Below, in pieces: positions 47,152 to 56,896 of a DNA stretch of 64,000 nt. Each line of letters starts with the position of its first letter. The first letter of the stretch is position 1. The DNA is taken from the NCBI GenBank assembly GCA_029561255.1, contig JAKQJH010000044.1, positions 7,020-71,019 of the forward strand. Reading direction: 5' to 3'. The translations under genes were made by a program, and so were the position numbers. The notes below the pieces were generated by a model that was not told where the DNA came from, did no database searches, and worked only from the letters and a program-made list of their open reading frames with translations. The DNA comes from Bacteroidota bacterium. GTDB taxonomy: Bacteria; Bacteroidota; Bacteroidia; Chitinophagales; Chitinophagaceae.

Positions 47152-48957
47152 ATGGGTCTGTTTAGGGAAACTTACCAACAGATTTTTATCCGGATACGGA
47201 CAAAACTCAGCCGGCCTCAGCTGATCATGCTGGTTGCGGTACTGACGGGTCTTGCGTCAGGGATCCTGGCCGTATTACTGAAACTTCTTGTTCACTGGAT
47301 TCAACGCGGAATCAGCCAGGTCAATACCCATTCATATACGCACTTGTTTTTTCCTGCGGCCGGCCTTCTGTTAACTGTATTGATAATACGATATATGTTC
47401 AGGGGATTTATTGAAAGGGGTATTGCAATGGTGCTCCGTTCCATTGCCCGGCGGAGTTCTTTTATTCCGCTAAGTCATACCTACCTGCATGTCATTACCA
47501 GCTCAGTAACTGTTGGTTTTGGAGGGTCTGCCGGTCTGGAGGCACCGATTGTTGCCACGGGTTCTGCTGCAGGTTCCACCATCGGGCGTATCAGCGATCT
47601 TACCTACCAGGAACGGACCCTGCTGATTGCCTGCGGAGCCGCAGCTGGCATTGCGGCTGTTTTCAATGCACCGATTGCCGGAGTGATTTTTGCCGTGGAA
47701 ATTCTCCTTACCGAAATGCTGGTCAGTCATTTTATCCCTTTGATAATATCTTCTGTTACGGGTGTGCTGTGTTCCAAAGTGATCCTTTCCGAAGCTTCAC
47801 TTTTTAACTTCAGACTGACCCAGGATTTTGATTACAGGAATGTTCCTTATTATCTTTTACTGGGCATTTTGGCTGGCTTTATTTCCTTGTATTATGCCCG
47901 GGCATTTAAAAGCACGGAAAGCCGCCTGCATCACTGGAAGCTGCCACCTTTGATGAAAGCACTCACAGGTGGCATACTGCTGGCCGGTTTGTATTTTATA
48001 TTGCCCCCGTTGTTTGGAGAAGGGTATGAAAGTGTGAAAGTAGTTGCCAGCGGGACTTTTAATTCCCTTACGGGTACCTCAAGCCCTTTGTCACAGCTTG
48101 GCGACACAGCCGGGATCATTGTTTTCGCTGCCATGATTGTATTGCTGAAACCGGTAGCCGCTGCCATCACCATTGGTAGCGGTGGAAACGGTGGAAATTT
48201 TGCCCCTTCCCTTTTTACCGGCTCTTACCTGGGTTTCTTTTTTTCCAAGTTGCTCAATGCCACTCCCTGGATCAAAATACCCGTGGGCAATTTCAGCCTG
48301 GTAGGGATGGCCGGTGTGCTGAGTGGGGTGATGTATTCGCCACTGACAGCCATCTTCCTGATTGCCGAGATCACCAACGGTTATGAACTGTTCATCCCGC
48401 TGATGATTGTGTCGTCTATCTCTTTTTTTATCGTTAAATCCTATGAGCCCTATTCGATGGAGCTTAAGAAGTTGGCTATGGAGGGCGAAGTATTCACACA
48501 TAAGAAAGAGAAAAATATACTCACCAGTTTTCAGCTCAGTGATATCCTGCATGATAATTTTGAAACCATTTCAGTAGATAAAAAGCTAGGGGACCTGGTG
48601 GAGATAATCAAAAAAAGTGAAAAGAATATTTACGCGGTAGTGGATAGTAAAGGAAAATTTGCCGGCATTATTGAACTAAACGACATCAAACAACGTCTCT
48701 TTGATTCCAGCCAGTTTGATATTGTACCCGTCAGGACCCTTATGAAAAAGCCCCCGGCGGTTTTACAGGAAGATGAACATATGCATTCCGTCATGGAAAA
48801 ATTTGACCTGACCCGGAGTTGGTTTCTTCCGGTTTTAAATAAGGATAAAATATTTGTTGGCTTTATTTCAAAAACAAAAATATTCTATAAGTACCGTGAG
48901 ATTCTGTCTGCCAGTGCCGATATTTATGAACAGGAAAGCGGTAACAAACCAGGCTGA
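47152..48957 (+). CDS. ClC chloride channel/antiporter with a C-terminal CBS pair
   Basis: GGSAGLEAP, FNAPIAG, GGNFAPSLFTG; CBS-like tail. Confidence 0.93.
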   Translation: MGLFRETYQQIFIRIRTKLSRPQLIMLVAVLTGLASGILAVLLKLLVHWIQRGISQVNTHSYTHLFFPAAGLLLTVLIIRYMFRGFIERGIAMVLRSIARRSSFIPLSHTYLHVITSSVTVGFGGSAGLEAPIVATGSAAGSTIGRISDLTYQERTLLIACGAAAGIAAVFNAPIAGVIFAVEILLTEMLVSHFIPLIISSVTGVLCSKVILSEASLFNFRLTQDFDYRNVPYYLLLGILAGFISLYYARAFKSTESRLHHWKLPPLMKALTGGILLAGLYFILPPLFGEGYESVKVVASGTFNSLTGTSSPLSQLGDTAGIIVFAAMIVLLKPVAAAITIGSGGNGGNFAPSLFTGSYLGFFFSKLLNATPWIKIPVGNFSLVGMAGVLSGVMYSPLTAIFLIAEITNGYELFIPLMIVSSISFFIVKSYEPYSMELKKLAMEGEVFTHKKEKNILTSFQLSDILHDNFETISVDKKLGDLVEIIKKSEKNIYAVVDSKGKFAGIIELNDIKQRLFDSSQFDIVPVRTLMKKPPAVLQEDEHMHSVMEKFDLTRSWFLPVLNKDKIFVGFISKTKIFYKYREILSASADIYEQESGNKPG

Positions 48958-48962
48958 TTTGT

Positions 48963-49523
48963 TTATCCTTCTTTCTTTTTCAGCAGTTCTTCAATCCTTG
49001 AAGCCAGTGAGTCCGGGCTTTCACCCGGTATTCTTTCCATTCCCTGCAGCGCATCCACAAAGGTCTGAATGGCCCGTTCATAAGCGGCAAACTGGTTTTT
49101 CAGCACATTCAGGTCATTGGATTCCCAGTATCCGCCCTCGTCAGTCATTTCAAAATGGCTGAAGTATTTTTTACTGAGATAACGGAAGAGCCGGATCAGG
49201 GCCACATGGGCATCGATACCGGCATACTGGGTCTTGGTACTGATGGTATAGATCAGTTCCGGGTCCAGCCCGTGTTCCACCAGCATTTCCCGGGTTATAT
49301 GACTGATAGGAGAAAGCAGTCGTCCCTCCGGGGTAAAAGTGAGGAACAGAGGCTCACATTCCTCCGGGGCAAAATAGATCCCTTCCAACGGATCCTTTTC
49401 ATCGGCTTCAAAATAGTGATAGTCCCAGCCCAGGCTTTCACAGATATCTTTCATTTCCGCGCCCAGCTGCGGCACGAGGGAGCGGTCTTTGATGCTGCCG
49501 GAGTAGTGAATGGAGAGTCCCAT
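48963..49523 (-). CDS. Conserved hypothetical protein
   Basis: MGLSIHYSG..CEPLFLTF..STKTQYAG..H..DEGGYWE; start re-assigned to 49523. Confidence 0.75.
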   Translation of the reverse strand: MGLSIHYSGSIKDRSLVPQLGAEMKDICESLGWDYHYFEADEKDPLEGIYFAPEECEPLFLTFTPEGRLLSPISHITREMLVEHGLDPELIYTISTKTQYAGIDAHVALIRLFRYLSKKYFSHFEMTDEGGYWESNDLNVLKNQFAAYERAIQTFVDALQGMERIPGESPDSLASRIEELLKKKEG

Positions 49524-49839
49524 AATCAGTTTTTTTAATTGGCATAAAATTCTCCAATAGATCGCAGGCTGCCAATGGAAAAACAACAGTGATTTCGTTT
49601 TTTTTCCGACGCCTGCCGTTTAAAATACCAAAAAAGCGGCAAATCCATTCATGCCTTATTTACCGGTAGACTGTTTCAGCGACTGGTTCTACCCCGTTTC
49701 TGAACGATCCTGACTTACAGAAACGTATAAACTTCCTGCTGACCTGTATAACTGTTGAGGAAGTTTATTGGATCATCTTTACTGCAGACCCGGATCAATG
49801 GAGCCGGGTGAGTGGACAGGTTGATATGAAACAATAGAA

Positions 49840-50034
49840 ATGAAGAAGTATTTTTTTATCATAAAATCACTGGTCGCCGGGCTGATCGTGTTATTCGTGC
49901 TGGAGGGATGTGGTACAGAGTACCATTATTACCAGCAACATAAATCACATAGCCCAAAGTATATGAAGCGCCAGGTAAAGTATAAAAAGTATCAGCATCA
50001 TGATAATGGAGTGGAAATAAAAATCCGTCATTAG
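49840..50034 (+). CDS. Small basic His/Tyr/Lys-rich lipoprotein
   Basis: MKK n-region, hydrophobic h-region, lipobox LEGC; terminator-like hairpin at 50125-50157. Confidence 0.6.
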   Translation: MKKYFFIIKSLVAGLIVLFVLEGCGTEYHYYQQHKSHSPKYMKRQVKYKKYQHHDNGVEIKIRH

Positions 50035-50183
50035 CCGCAGGTGCTGTGGTTGAATAAGCAAGGAAAATGCTGACTGAAGCGAATTCATCTGGTACAGGAA
50101 GCATTGAACAGGCATTTTAAGCAAAGGGTGGCAGGAAGAACAGCCGCCCTTTTTTTATCTTTATGGTCTAAATTTCAGACCCG

Positions 50184-51686
50184 ATGAAAAGAAGCTGCTG
50201 GATTGTACTTTTTATTTTAATGTATTCCGCTTTAGCTGCCCAAACTGATACCATAAAAAAATTCCCCAATGGTAATATATTATTGAGAAAGGTGGCAGGA
50301 ATGCAGCTGCTTTCGCCGTCTGGCCAGAATCTGGGCAGCTGGACAGAAACCATGCATAATAATAAGCAGGGAGGCCGGTTTGTAAGTATTGTCAGTAAGA
50401 CGGATTCGCTTGGAAAAAGAAAATCAGGTGTATTTGATCAGCAGAATGGTGAATTCGTTTTGCCAGTGGAGTTTGACCAGCTTAGCCCGACTGATTATGG
50501 AAAAGGTTTTTATACCACACGTATTGGAAAAAAATATGGATTTTATAGTGTTCCTGCCGGAAAACGACTGCCTCCGATATATGATTTTACAGGCAGACAT
50601 GTTAATCCTGCCTGGTTTATCGTAGCCGTATCTGGTGAGTATAATTGTGGTTATGTGTATGATGAAAAATTAGCCCTGGTGGATAGCATACCGGGTATGA
50701 AGTCGGTTAATAGCCGGATCGTTTCGGGTAACCGCGAATGGTATCAGATCAATATGGCCGATGGCCAGGGGCTGTTGGACAAAGAAAATAAACTGCTATA
50801 CCGCAACGAGTGGAAACATATTCATGATGTTAAGGGAATGACCGCCATTGTCAATAATGGAAAGGCAATCGGACTTTTTGACCTCGCAACAGGCAAACTG
50901 GTAAAGCCCTACAGCTTTACGGACTACTGGCCGGATATTTTCGGTAGTCAGGGTTTTCTGAAGAATGGAAATCAATGGGTACTGATTGATCAGCTGGGGA
51001 AGCAGTTGTTTACTTTTAAAGCCGAAGAAGTGGAATTTTCACATCGGGGAGAAACCGGTGGCTTTTACTTTAAACAGAAGGGCTTGTGGGGGGTGATGAA
51101 TAATAAAGGCAAAATAGTTCGTAGCCCGGTATGGGAATCGGTCAGTCCGGGTTTAGCAGGTGGATTTACCGGGAAATATCCCGGGAAGCCCGACACTTAT
51201 TATAACGGGGTTTATAAAGAAATTAATGGGGAGAAAGTCCTGACAGGTATTCGTCAGCTAAACACCGAAGAAGTAACAGCTGCCTATCCGGATCAGGCCG
51301 TTTGGGTACGGGAAGAACCCAAAGAAGTGATTGAAATGATGAATATACCTGCTCCGGTCCGGCACGAAGAAAACGAGGACCATATTTTTGTAAAAATGGA
51401 AGTGGATCCGGCGTTCACCAAAACAGGTGAGGTGGAGAAGACGGTGCTCCGACAGCTGGTGGATGCTTATAAAAAAGAATTCCAGATAAAAACAACTGGA
51501 ACCGTGCAGCTGAAATTGGTGGTGGAAAAAGATGGAAAAATCAGCAGTACCATCGTCGTTTCTTCGCCTGATCCCCTGCTCACAGAAGCGTCTAAGAAAT
51601 TGCTCGGCAATATTACCGGCTGGAAACCCGGTATACAGAATGGACGGAATGTACGCGGGGAGAAGACCCTGGTGCTGGAATGGTAA
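50184..51686 (+). CDS. WG-repeat protein with a C-terminal TonB_C domain
   Basis: GKKYGFY, GLWGVMNNKG repeats; GTVQLKLVVEKDGKIS..WKPGIQNGRNVR. Confidence 0.8.
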   Translation: MKRSCWIVLFILMYSALAAQTDTIKKFPNGNILLRKVAGMQLLSPSGQNLGSWTETMHNNKQGGRFVSIVSKTDSLGKRKSGVFDQQNGEFVLPVEFDQLSPTDYGKGFYTTRIGKKYGFYSVPAGKRLPPIYDFTGRHVNPAWFIVAVSGEYNCGYVYDEKLALVDSIPGMKSVNSRIVSGNREWYQINMADGQGLLDKENKLLYRNEWKHIHDVKGMTAIVNNGKAIGLFDLATGKLVKPYSFTDYWPDIFGSQGFLKNGNQWVLIDQLGKQLFTFKAEEVEFSHRGETGGFYFKQKGLWGVMNNKGKIVRSPVWESVSPGLAGGFTGKYPGKPDTYYNGVYKEINGEKVLTGIRQLNTEEVTAAYPDQAVWVREEPKEVIEMMNIPAPVRHEENEDHIFVKMEVDPAFTKTGEVEKTVLRQLVDAYKKEFQIKTTGTVQLKLVVEKDGKISSTIVVSSPDPLLTEASKKLLGNITGWKPGIQNGRNVRGEKTLVLEW

Positions 51687-51695
51687 CAAATGCCT

Positions 51696-53177
51696 TTATT
51701 TCACCACTGCTATTACTTCCCGTATAATCTGAATTGCATTGCTCAGTTCAGCTTTCGTGCTATTCCCAAATCCGATCCTGATGCCATTGCTTTCAGGAGG
51801 ATAGGTATATAAATCATCCCTTTCAGGCAAAAGCAGTCCTTTTTTCATACATAACCGGTGAATATCGCTGACTGGAAACTCCCTGTTAAACTCAATCCAG
51901 ACCGCCATCCCACCTTCAGGTGCATGGTAAGTGCAACACCCGGCCAGATTTTTATCCAGTAAACGCAGCAGAAAATCTCTTTTATGCATATAGTATTTTA
52001 CTGCTTTGTTCCGGTAACGGCGGATGACCGCTTCTTTTAATGTCAGCGCCAGGGCTTCTTCCAGTAAGCTATCCGAAAATTTATCTATAGAGACTTTCAG
52101 TTTGGCCAGTTCGGATAAAAAATCTTCTGGTCCCGCAATATATGATATGCGAAGAGTCGGCGATATCAGGCGGTTCAATCCGCCAATATAAACCACCCTT
52201 TTCTGGTTATCATAAGCGGCCACCGGGAACCCCGGTGCATTCGTATAATGAAAATCGAAATCGTAATCGTCCTCAAGGATCATGAAATTGTATTGTTCTG
52301 CCAGTTGCAGCAATTGTTTCCTTCTTTCTTCCGATAGTTTTACACAGGTAGGATAATGGATATGAGGAGTGATATAAACTGCTTTTATTTTTTTGCGTTT
52401 ACAGATTTTTCCGAGTTCACCAAGACTGATTCCATCCTGATCAGTCTTAACGGTTTCAATGTTCAGGTTCAGGTACCGGCAAATACTATACACGCCGGAA
52501 TAATTATGCTCAGCAAATACAATGCTGTCCTGTTCTGTCATTGTAAGTGAAAGGACCAGGAATATACTGAACTGGTTACCCTTTGATATAAGCAGGTTTG
52601 ACGTGCCGGTATTCAGGCCCCGCGTGTCGTTCAGGAACCGGGAAAGTGCTTTTCTCAATTCAAAGGACCCCCACGCATTTTCTTTATTAAAAAGACGGCT
52701 ATGTTCTTTTTTCCGGATGAGCAGGCGATGGTTTTTCTCCAGTTCCACGGCGGGCATATAGCCAATATCCGGCTGCCCGTCATTCAGGATGATGTCATAG
52801 ATTTTTTTCCCCTCCTTGCTATACCCTGTTTGGCGGGGAGGAAGTCCGATCTTCCTGAATGGGAACGTAGCCTTATGTTCAGCTGCTGACAATACTTCCT
52901 TTTTGCCTGTAGCGGAGAGAACGGGAGGTTTATCTGTAATATACGTACCGGAATGGGGTTTTACCGTTACCCAGCCTTGTGCATCAAGCTCTTCATACAC
53001 CTGCTCGATGGTCCGGCTGTGCAATCCGGTTTGTTGTGCCATTTTTTTAACACCGGGCAGTTTTAATCCCCCTGGTAAAATGCCATTCCTGATGGCATCG
53101 GACAGGCATTCTGCTACCTGCAGGTAGATCGGTTCGGGTTTATTCTTATTGATTTTTATCAGCGATGGGATATGCAT
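51696..53177 (-). CDS. MocR/GabR family PLP-dependent GntR regulator
   Basis: PIYLQVAE..KLPG..YEELDAQGWV wHTH; ILEDDYDFDF aminotransferase-like domain. Confidence 0.93.
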   Translation of the reverse strand: MHIPSLIKINKNKPEPIYLQVAECLSDAIRNGILPGGLKLPGVKKMAQQTGLHSRTIEQVYEELDAQGWVTVKPHSGTYITDKPPVLSATGKKEVLSAAEHKATFPFRKIGLPPRQTGYSKEGKKIYDIILNDGQPDIGYMPAVELEKNHRLLIRKKEHSRLFNKENAWGSFELRKALSRFLNDTRGLNTGTSNLLISKGNQFSIFLVLSLTMTEQDSIVFAEHNYSGVYSICRYLNLNIETVKTDQDGISLGELGKICKRKKIKAVYITPHIHYPTCVKLSEERRKQLLQLAEQYNFMILEDDYDFDFHYTNAPGFPVAAYDNQKRVVYIGGLNRLISPTLRISYIAGPEDFLSELAKLKVSIDKFSDSLLEEALALTLKEAVIRRYRNKAVKYYMHKRDFLLRLLDKNLAGCCTYHAPEGGMAVWIEFNREFPVSDIHRLCMKKGLLLPERDDLYTYPPESNGIRIGFGNSTKAELSNAIQIIREVIAVVK

Positions 53178-53180
53178 AAA

Positions 53181-53245
53181 CTGACCTAATTAAAAATATA
53201 AATCTGACCCTTCCCGTTACATCAATTAGTTGCAATTTTGGTCTA
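53181..53245. promoter_or_regulatory. Putative MocR operator
   Basis: CTGACC direct repeats at 53181 and 53204 and an inverted GGTCTA at 53240, in the divergent intergenic region. Confidence 0.55.
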
Positions 53246-53316
53246 TGAAGATCGGATTTGTGATGGTGGTTTGCGGGATCGCAATCCTCTCAGGCTCATT
53301 TAAAATTAATAAAATT

Positions 53317-53727
53317 ATGAATGAAAATAACGGAACCGGAGCGGTGCAATTCAGAATTGCCCGGCCAACAGATAAACTGGAAGAGGTGGTTGATTTTTAC
53401 AAAACGGTGCTGGGTCTGGAAGAGATCGGGGCATTTAAACAGCATGAAGGATATGATGGGGTGATGCTGGGTCTTCCTGGTTTTGATTATCACCTGGAAT
53501 TTACCCAACACACGGATGGCAGTCCTTGTCCGGCGCCAACAAAGGATAACCTGCTGGTGCTGTATTTTGACACGCCTTTGAAGTATAACCGTGCGGTTGA
53601 ACGGGCCTTACAATTGGGTCACCAGCCGGTTGAACCGGAGAATAGTTACTGGAAGGGGAAAAGTGAAACTTTTGAAGATCCCGATGGATGGAGAGTAGTA
53701 TTTTTTAATGGTGTATATAAACCGTGA
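53317..53727 (+). CDS. VOC family protein (YycE-like)
   Basis: RIARPTDKL..FKQHEGYDGVMLGLPG..HLEFTQH..DNLLVLY..FEDPDGWRVV; start could be 53245. Confidence 0.88.
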   Translation: MNENNGTGAVQFRIARPTDKLEEVVDFYKTVLGLEEIGAFKQHEGYDGVMLGLPGFDYHLEFTQHTDGSPCPAPTKDNLLVLYFDTPLKYNRAVERALQLGHQPVEPENSYWKGKSETFEDPDGWRVVFFNGVYKP

Positions 53728-54398
53728 ATGCTATGCGTATACAAAAACTGGTACTACAAACCACGGATCTGCAAAGACAGTATTCGTTTTATATTGAAAA
53801 ATTCAACTTCCAGGTTGTAACAGCGGACCAGGACCATTTTAGTTTCAGTGCCGGCGCTTCGCTCGTGGAGTTCAGGGCTTATTCAGGCAAGGATATTTTC
53901 CCATATCACCTGGCGTTCACCATACCTGCAGGCCAGCTGATCAAAGCAGCGGATTATCTGGCTGCTAAAGGCATAAACCTGGTGAAAATGGGGAATCAGA
54001 CTATTTTCCAATTTGAGAGCTGGAATGCCACATCCTTATATTTCAGGGACCCGGATGAAAATATACTTGAACTGATCGTTCGTTTTAACCTGGGGCTAAA
54101 GAACGGCTCCGTACATTTTTCCCCCTCAGATATAATTCAGGTCAGTGAAATAGGAATTGTGGCCGACGATCCGCAGGCTTTTTCCAGTTATATCACTGAA
54201 CAGTCCAGCCTGCCCGTCTGGAAAATGGCCGGCAATGACTTTATTGCAATGGGCGATGAAGAGGGGTTACTAATTGTTGTACAGAAGAACAGAAATTGGT
54301 ATCCAACGGATACTCCGGCAAGAGCCATGCCTGTCTATATACATTCGCCCGCTTTCAACCGGAGCATACAGGCTGATCCCTACCTGTTCGCTCCCTGA
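53724..54398 (+). CDS. Two-domain VOC/glyoxalase protein
   Basis: YHLAFTIP, WNATSLYFRDPDENILELI, SEIGIV, GDEEGLLIVV. Confidence 0.85.
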   Translation: MNAMRIQKLVLQTTDLQRQYSFYIEKFNFQVVTADQDHFSFSAGASLVEFRAYSGKDIFPYHLAFTIPAGQLIKAADYLAAKGINLVKMGNQTIFQFESWNATSLYFRDPDENILELIVRFNLGLKNGSVHFSPSDIIQVSEIGIVADDPQAFSSYITEQSSLPVWKMAGNDFIAMGDEEGLLIVVQKNRNWYPTDTPARAMPVYIHSPAFNRSIQADPYLFAP

Positions 54399-54529
54399 TT
54401 CATTACCAATAAGCTGAATCGAACTGGCAGGACATGAAAATGTGCTGAATGGCGGAGCTGTATGCAAACGATAACAAAAACCTGACTGTAACCACTCAGT
54501 CCAATAATTTAAAATCAAAAGACAACAAA

Positions 54530-55090
54530 ATGAAAAAAACAATTTTCCTGCTGCTACTGACCGTATTTTCAGTAAGTGGCCAAGCGCAAAAACGTCAACC
54601 TTCTGTGGCAGGCTATGGGGCTGCTGTAGCAGAACTGACCAGCATCGACAAAAAAGCTGCCCTGAACCTGGGAGGATATGGGGGTGTATTGATCAATCAT
54701 CGTTTCCTGCTCGGGGCCTCCGGGAATAATATTTTATTCTCAAAAACCATCAATGGTTCTAAGACGGATTTTCAGTTCAATTATTACGGACTGATCACGG
54801 AGTATAAATTCTTTCCGGGGAGTTTCGTGCATTTCTCAGCCGGACTGACATCCGCGCTTGGATGGCTGGAGAATGATATCCTGACCGCTGACAAAAAAAA
54901 GCGCATGGATGGCGATTATGTATATGTGATCCAACCCCGTCTGGCACTGGAACTTCGTATCACTTCATTTATGCAGGGGAAATTGTATGGCAACTACCGC
55001 TTTACCGGAAATACAAAGAGCCGGTACTTCACGCCCCGGAATTTAGATGGAGCCGGTGCCGGTGCGGCACTGGTTTTTGGCTCTTTCTAG
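54530..55090 (+). CDS. Hypothetical outer-membrane beta-barrel protein
   Basis: Signal peptide MKKTIFLL; GGYGGVLINH, YYGLITEY, C-terminal FGSF. Confidence 0.75.
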   Translation: MKKTIFLLLLTVFSVSGQAQKRQPSVAGYGAAVAELTSIDKKAALNLGGYGGVLINHRFLLGASGNNILFSKTINGSKTDFQFNYYGLITEYKFFPGSFVHFSAGLTSALGWLENDILTADKKKRMDGDYVYVIQPRLALELRITSFMQGKLYGNYRFTGNTKSRYFTPRNLDGAGAGAALVFGSF

Positions 55091-55190
55091 TGGTGGTAAA
55101 ACGTCATCAAAATATACCGGCGGGGATAACCGATCATCAACCGGGATCAGTTACCCCGGATTTTAATTCATTTATCTACAATCAGGGATT

Positions 55191-55667
55191 ATGGAAAAAA
55201 GCATTCAAACAGAAATTATTATTCATGCCTCCCGTGAAAAAGTATGGGAAGTATTAACGGACTTCAGCAGCTATGCGTTATGGAATCCATTTATGGTTTC
55301 GGCATCCGGCAAATTAGCTAAAGGGCAAAGGTTGAAAATTCAACTTCAGAACGGCAGCAGCACCATGACTTTCAGTCCTGCTGTGCGTTCTGTTATCCCC
55401 GGCTTTTCATTTTCGTGGGAGGGGCGTTTGTTTTTCAAAGGACTTTTTGACGGGTATCATTTTTTTAAAATCATACAAAACAGCAGTAATCAGGTAAAAC
55501 TGGTCCAGGGAGAACGGTTTTCAGGAATATTCAGCCGGATGATATTTCATAAGATCGGTGCCAGTACGGCGGTGAATTTTGATCGGATGAACAGGGAATT
55601 AAAGAAGCGGGCTGAAATGAAAGAGATAAGAGCCACTAATCACATAAAGATTACCGGTGATGCATAA
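55191..55667 (+). CDS. SRPBCC (polyketide cyclase-like) protein
   Basis: IQTEIIIHASREKVWEVLTDF..WNPF..GLFDGYHFF..ERFSG..MNRELKKRAE. Confidence 0.88.
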   Translation: MEKSIQTEIIIHASREKVWEVLTDFSSYALWNPFMVSASGKLAKGQRLKIQLQNGSSTMTFSPAVRSVIPGFSFSWEGRLFFKGLFDGYHFFKIIQNSSNQVKLVQGERFSGIFSRMIFHKIGASTAVNFDRMNRELKKRAEMKEIRATNHIKITGDA

Positions 55668-56715
55668 GCAACGAATGCGCTATATGGATAATCTGAAAGT
55701 TATGCTTACCTGCCTGGTAGTAGCACATCATGCCGGGCAGGCGTATGGGCCATCGGGCGGAGTCTGGGTGGTGAAAGAAGCAGATGCCCTTCCCTGGCTC
55801 AGGATTTTTTTCTATGTGAACGCATCGTTTATGATGGGTTTGTATTTTTTTATTTCCGGATATTTTATGGTGGTCAGTCTTGAAAAGAAAACAACCGGCC
55901 GGTTTATAAAAGACCGGCTGAAACGACTTGGTATCCCATTATTGTTCTTCACATTCCTGGTTTTTCTTCCTTTTAACTATGTAGTTTCCGGTGGAGAAGG
56001 GAATATTTTCTTTGTCCTGGCTGATACTTATTTACACCAGCCTCCTTTAGCTACTGGACATTTATGGTTTATCGCTTCATTGCTTCTATATACTTTTCTT
56101 TACCTGGCAATAAGAAGAATGGTCCGTCCGGTGCCAGCCCGCGGGTTTATTTTCAGACCATATTACATCGCGGTATATATCTTTTTACTCGGTTTGGTGA
56201 CTGTGTTTGTACGCTCGTATTATCCCATTGATCAGTGGAGAACCTGGCTGATACCGCTGGAAATAGCGCATGTGCCACAATACCTGAGCCTGTTTTTGCT
56301 GGGAATTTTATTTAATCAGTTTTGCTGGCTCGAACAACTTAAACTCCGGTATGGGTTTCTGGTATTGATTATAACAGCCGCCATTCCAGTTTTACCCGGA
56401 ACCGATTTGTTGGATACCACATGGATAGCATCGTTCGAAGAATCCGGACTTTGTGTGGGTTTGTCCATTATCCTGCTGGTGATTTTTCGGAATTATTATA
56501 ACCAGGAGTCGGCAATAACTCTATCCTTTTCACAGAACTCTTACGGTATTTATCTTTTTCATTTGTTGATTGTAATTGCATTACAACAGTTGCTCGTAAA
56601 TTGGCCGGCAGCTGCAGAATTCAAATTTCCCCTGGTGGTTGTATTGGGGGTGTTCGTTTCATTCATGCTTTCTCGACTCCTGAGGAAGATACCCCTGGTC
56701 AGACGTATAATTTAA
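55657..56715 (+). CDS. Acyltransferase family 3 (OpgC-like)
   Basis: RYMDNLK..LVVAHH, FMMGLYFFISGYF, RLKRLGIP, GHLWFI, SYGIYLFH. Confidence 0.9.
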   Translation: MMHKQRMRYMDNLKVMLTCLVVAHHAGQAYGPSGGVWVVKEADALPWLRIFFYVNASFMMGLYFFISGYFMVVSLEKKTTGRFIKDRLKRLGIPLLFFTFLVFLPFNYVVSGGEGNIFFVLADTYLHQPPLATGHLWFIASLLLYTFLYLAIRRMVRPVPARGFIFRPYYIAVYIFLLGLVTVFVRSYYPIDQWRTWLIPLEIAHVPQYLSLFLLGILFNQFCWLEQLKLRYGFLVLIITAAIPVLPGTDLLDTTWIASFEESGLCVGLSIILLVIFRNYYNQESAITLSFSQNSYGIYLFHLLIVIALQQLLVNWPAAAEFKFPLVVVLGVFVSFMLSRLLRKIPLVRRII

Positions 56716-56896
56716 TGTATGAGGCTTGTTGGCTGAATCTACATGGGCTCTGTTTAATCAGGAATGATTTCAGCAGTTTCGGGTAATTGGTTTTTCGAAC
56801 AGTGGGGGACTGTTTTTAGTACACAAAAAGGGGTATATTTAGCTATCAACCCGTCATTTCGGGTGTCATTGAATCAAACCCTCAAAGGCCCTGCTT

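Noticed and set aside
44170-56800. Possible genomic island (sequence looks more AT-rich)
   Set aside because: No integrase, tRNA or flanking direct repeats were seen, and composition could not be computed.
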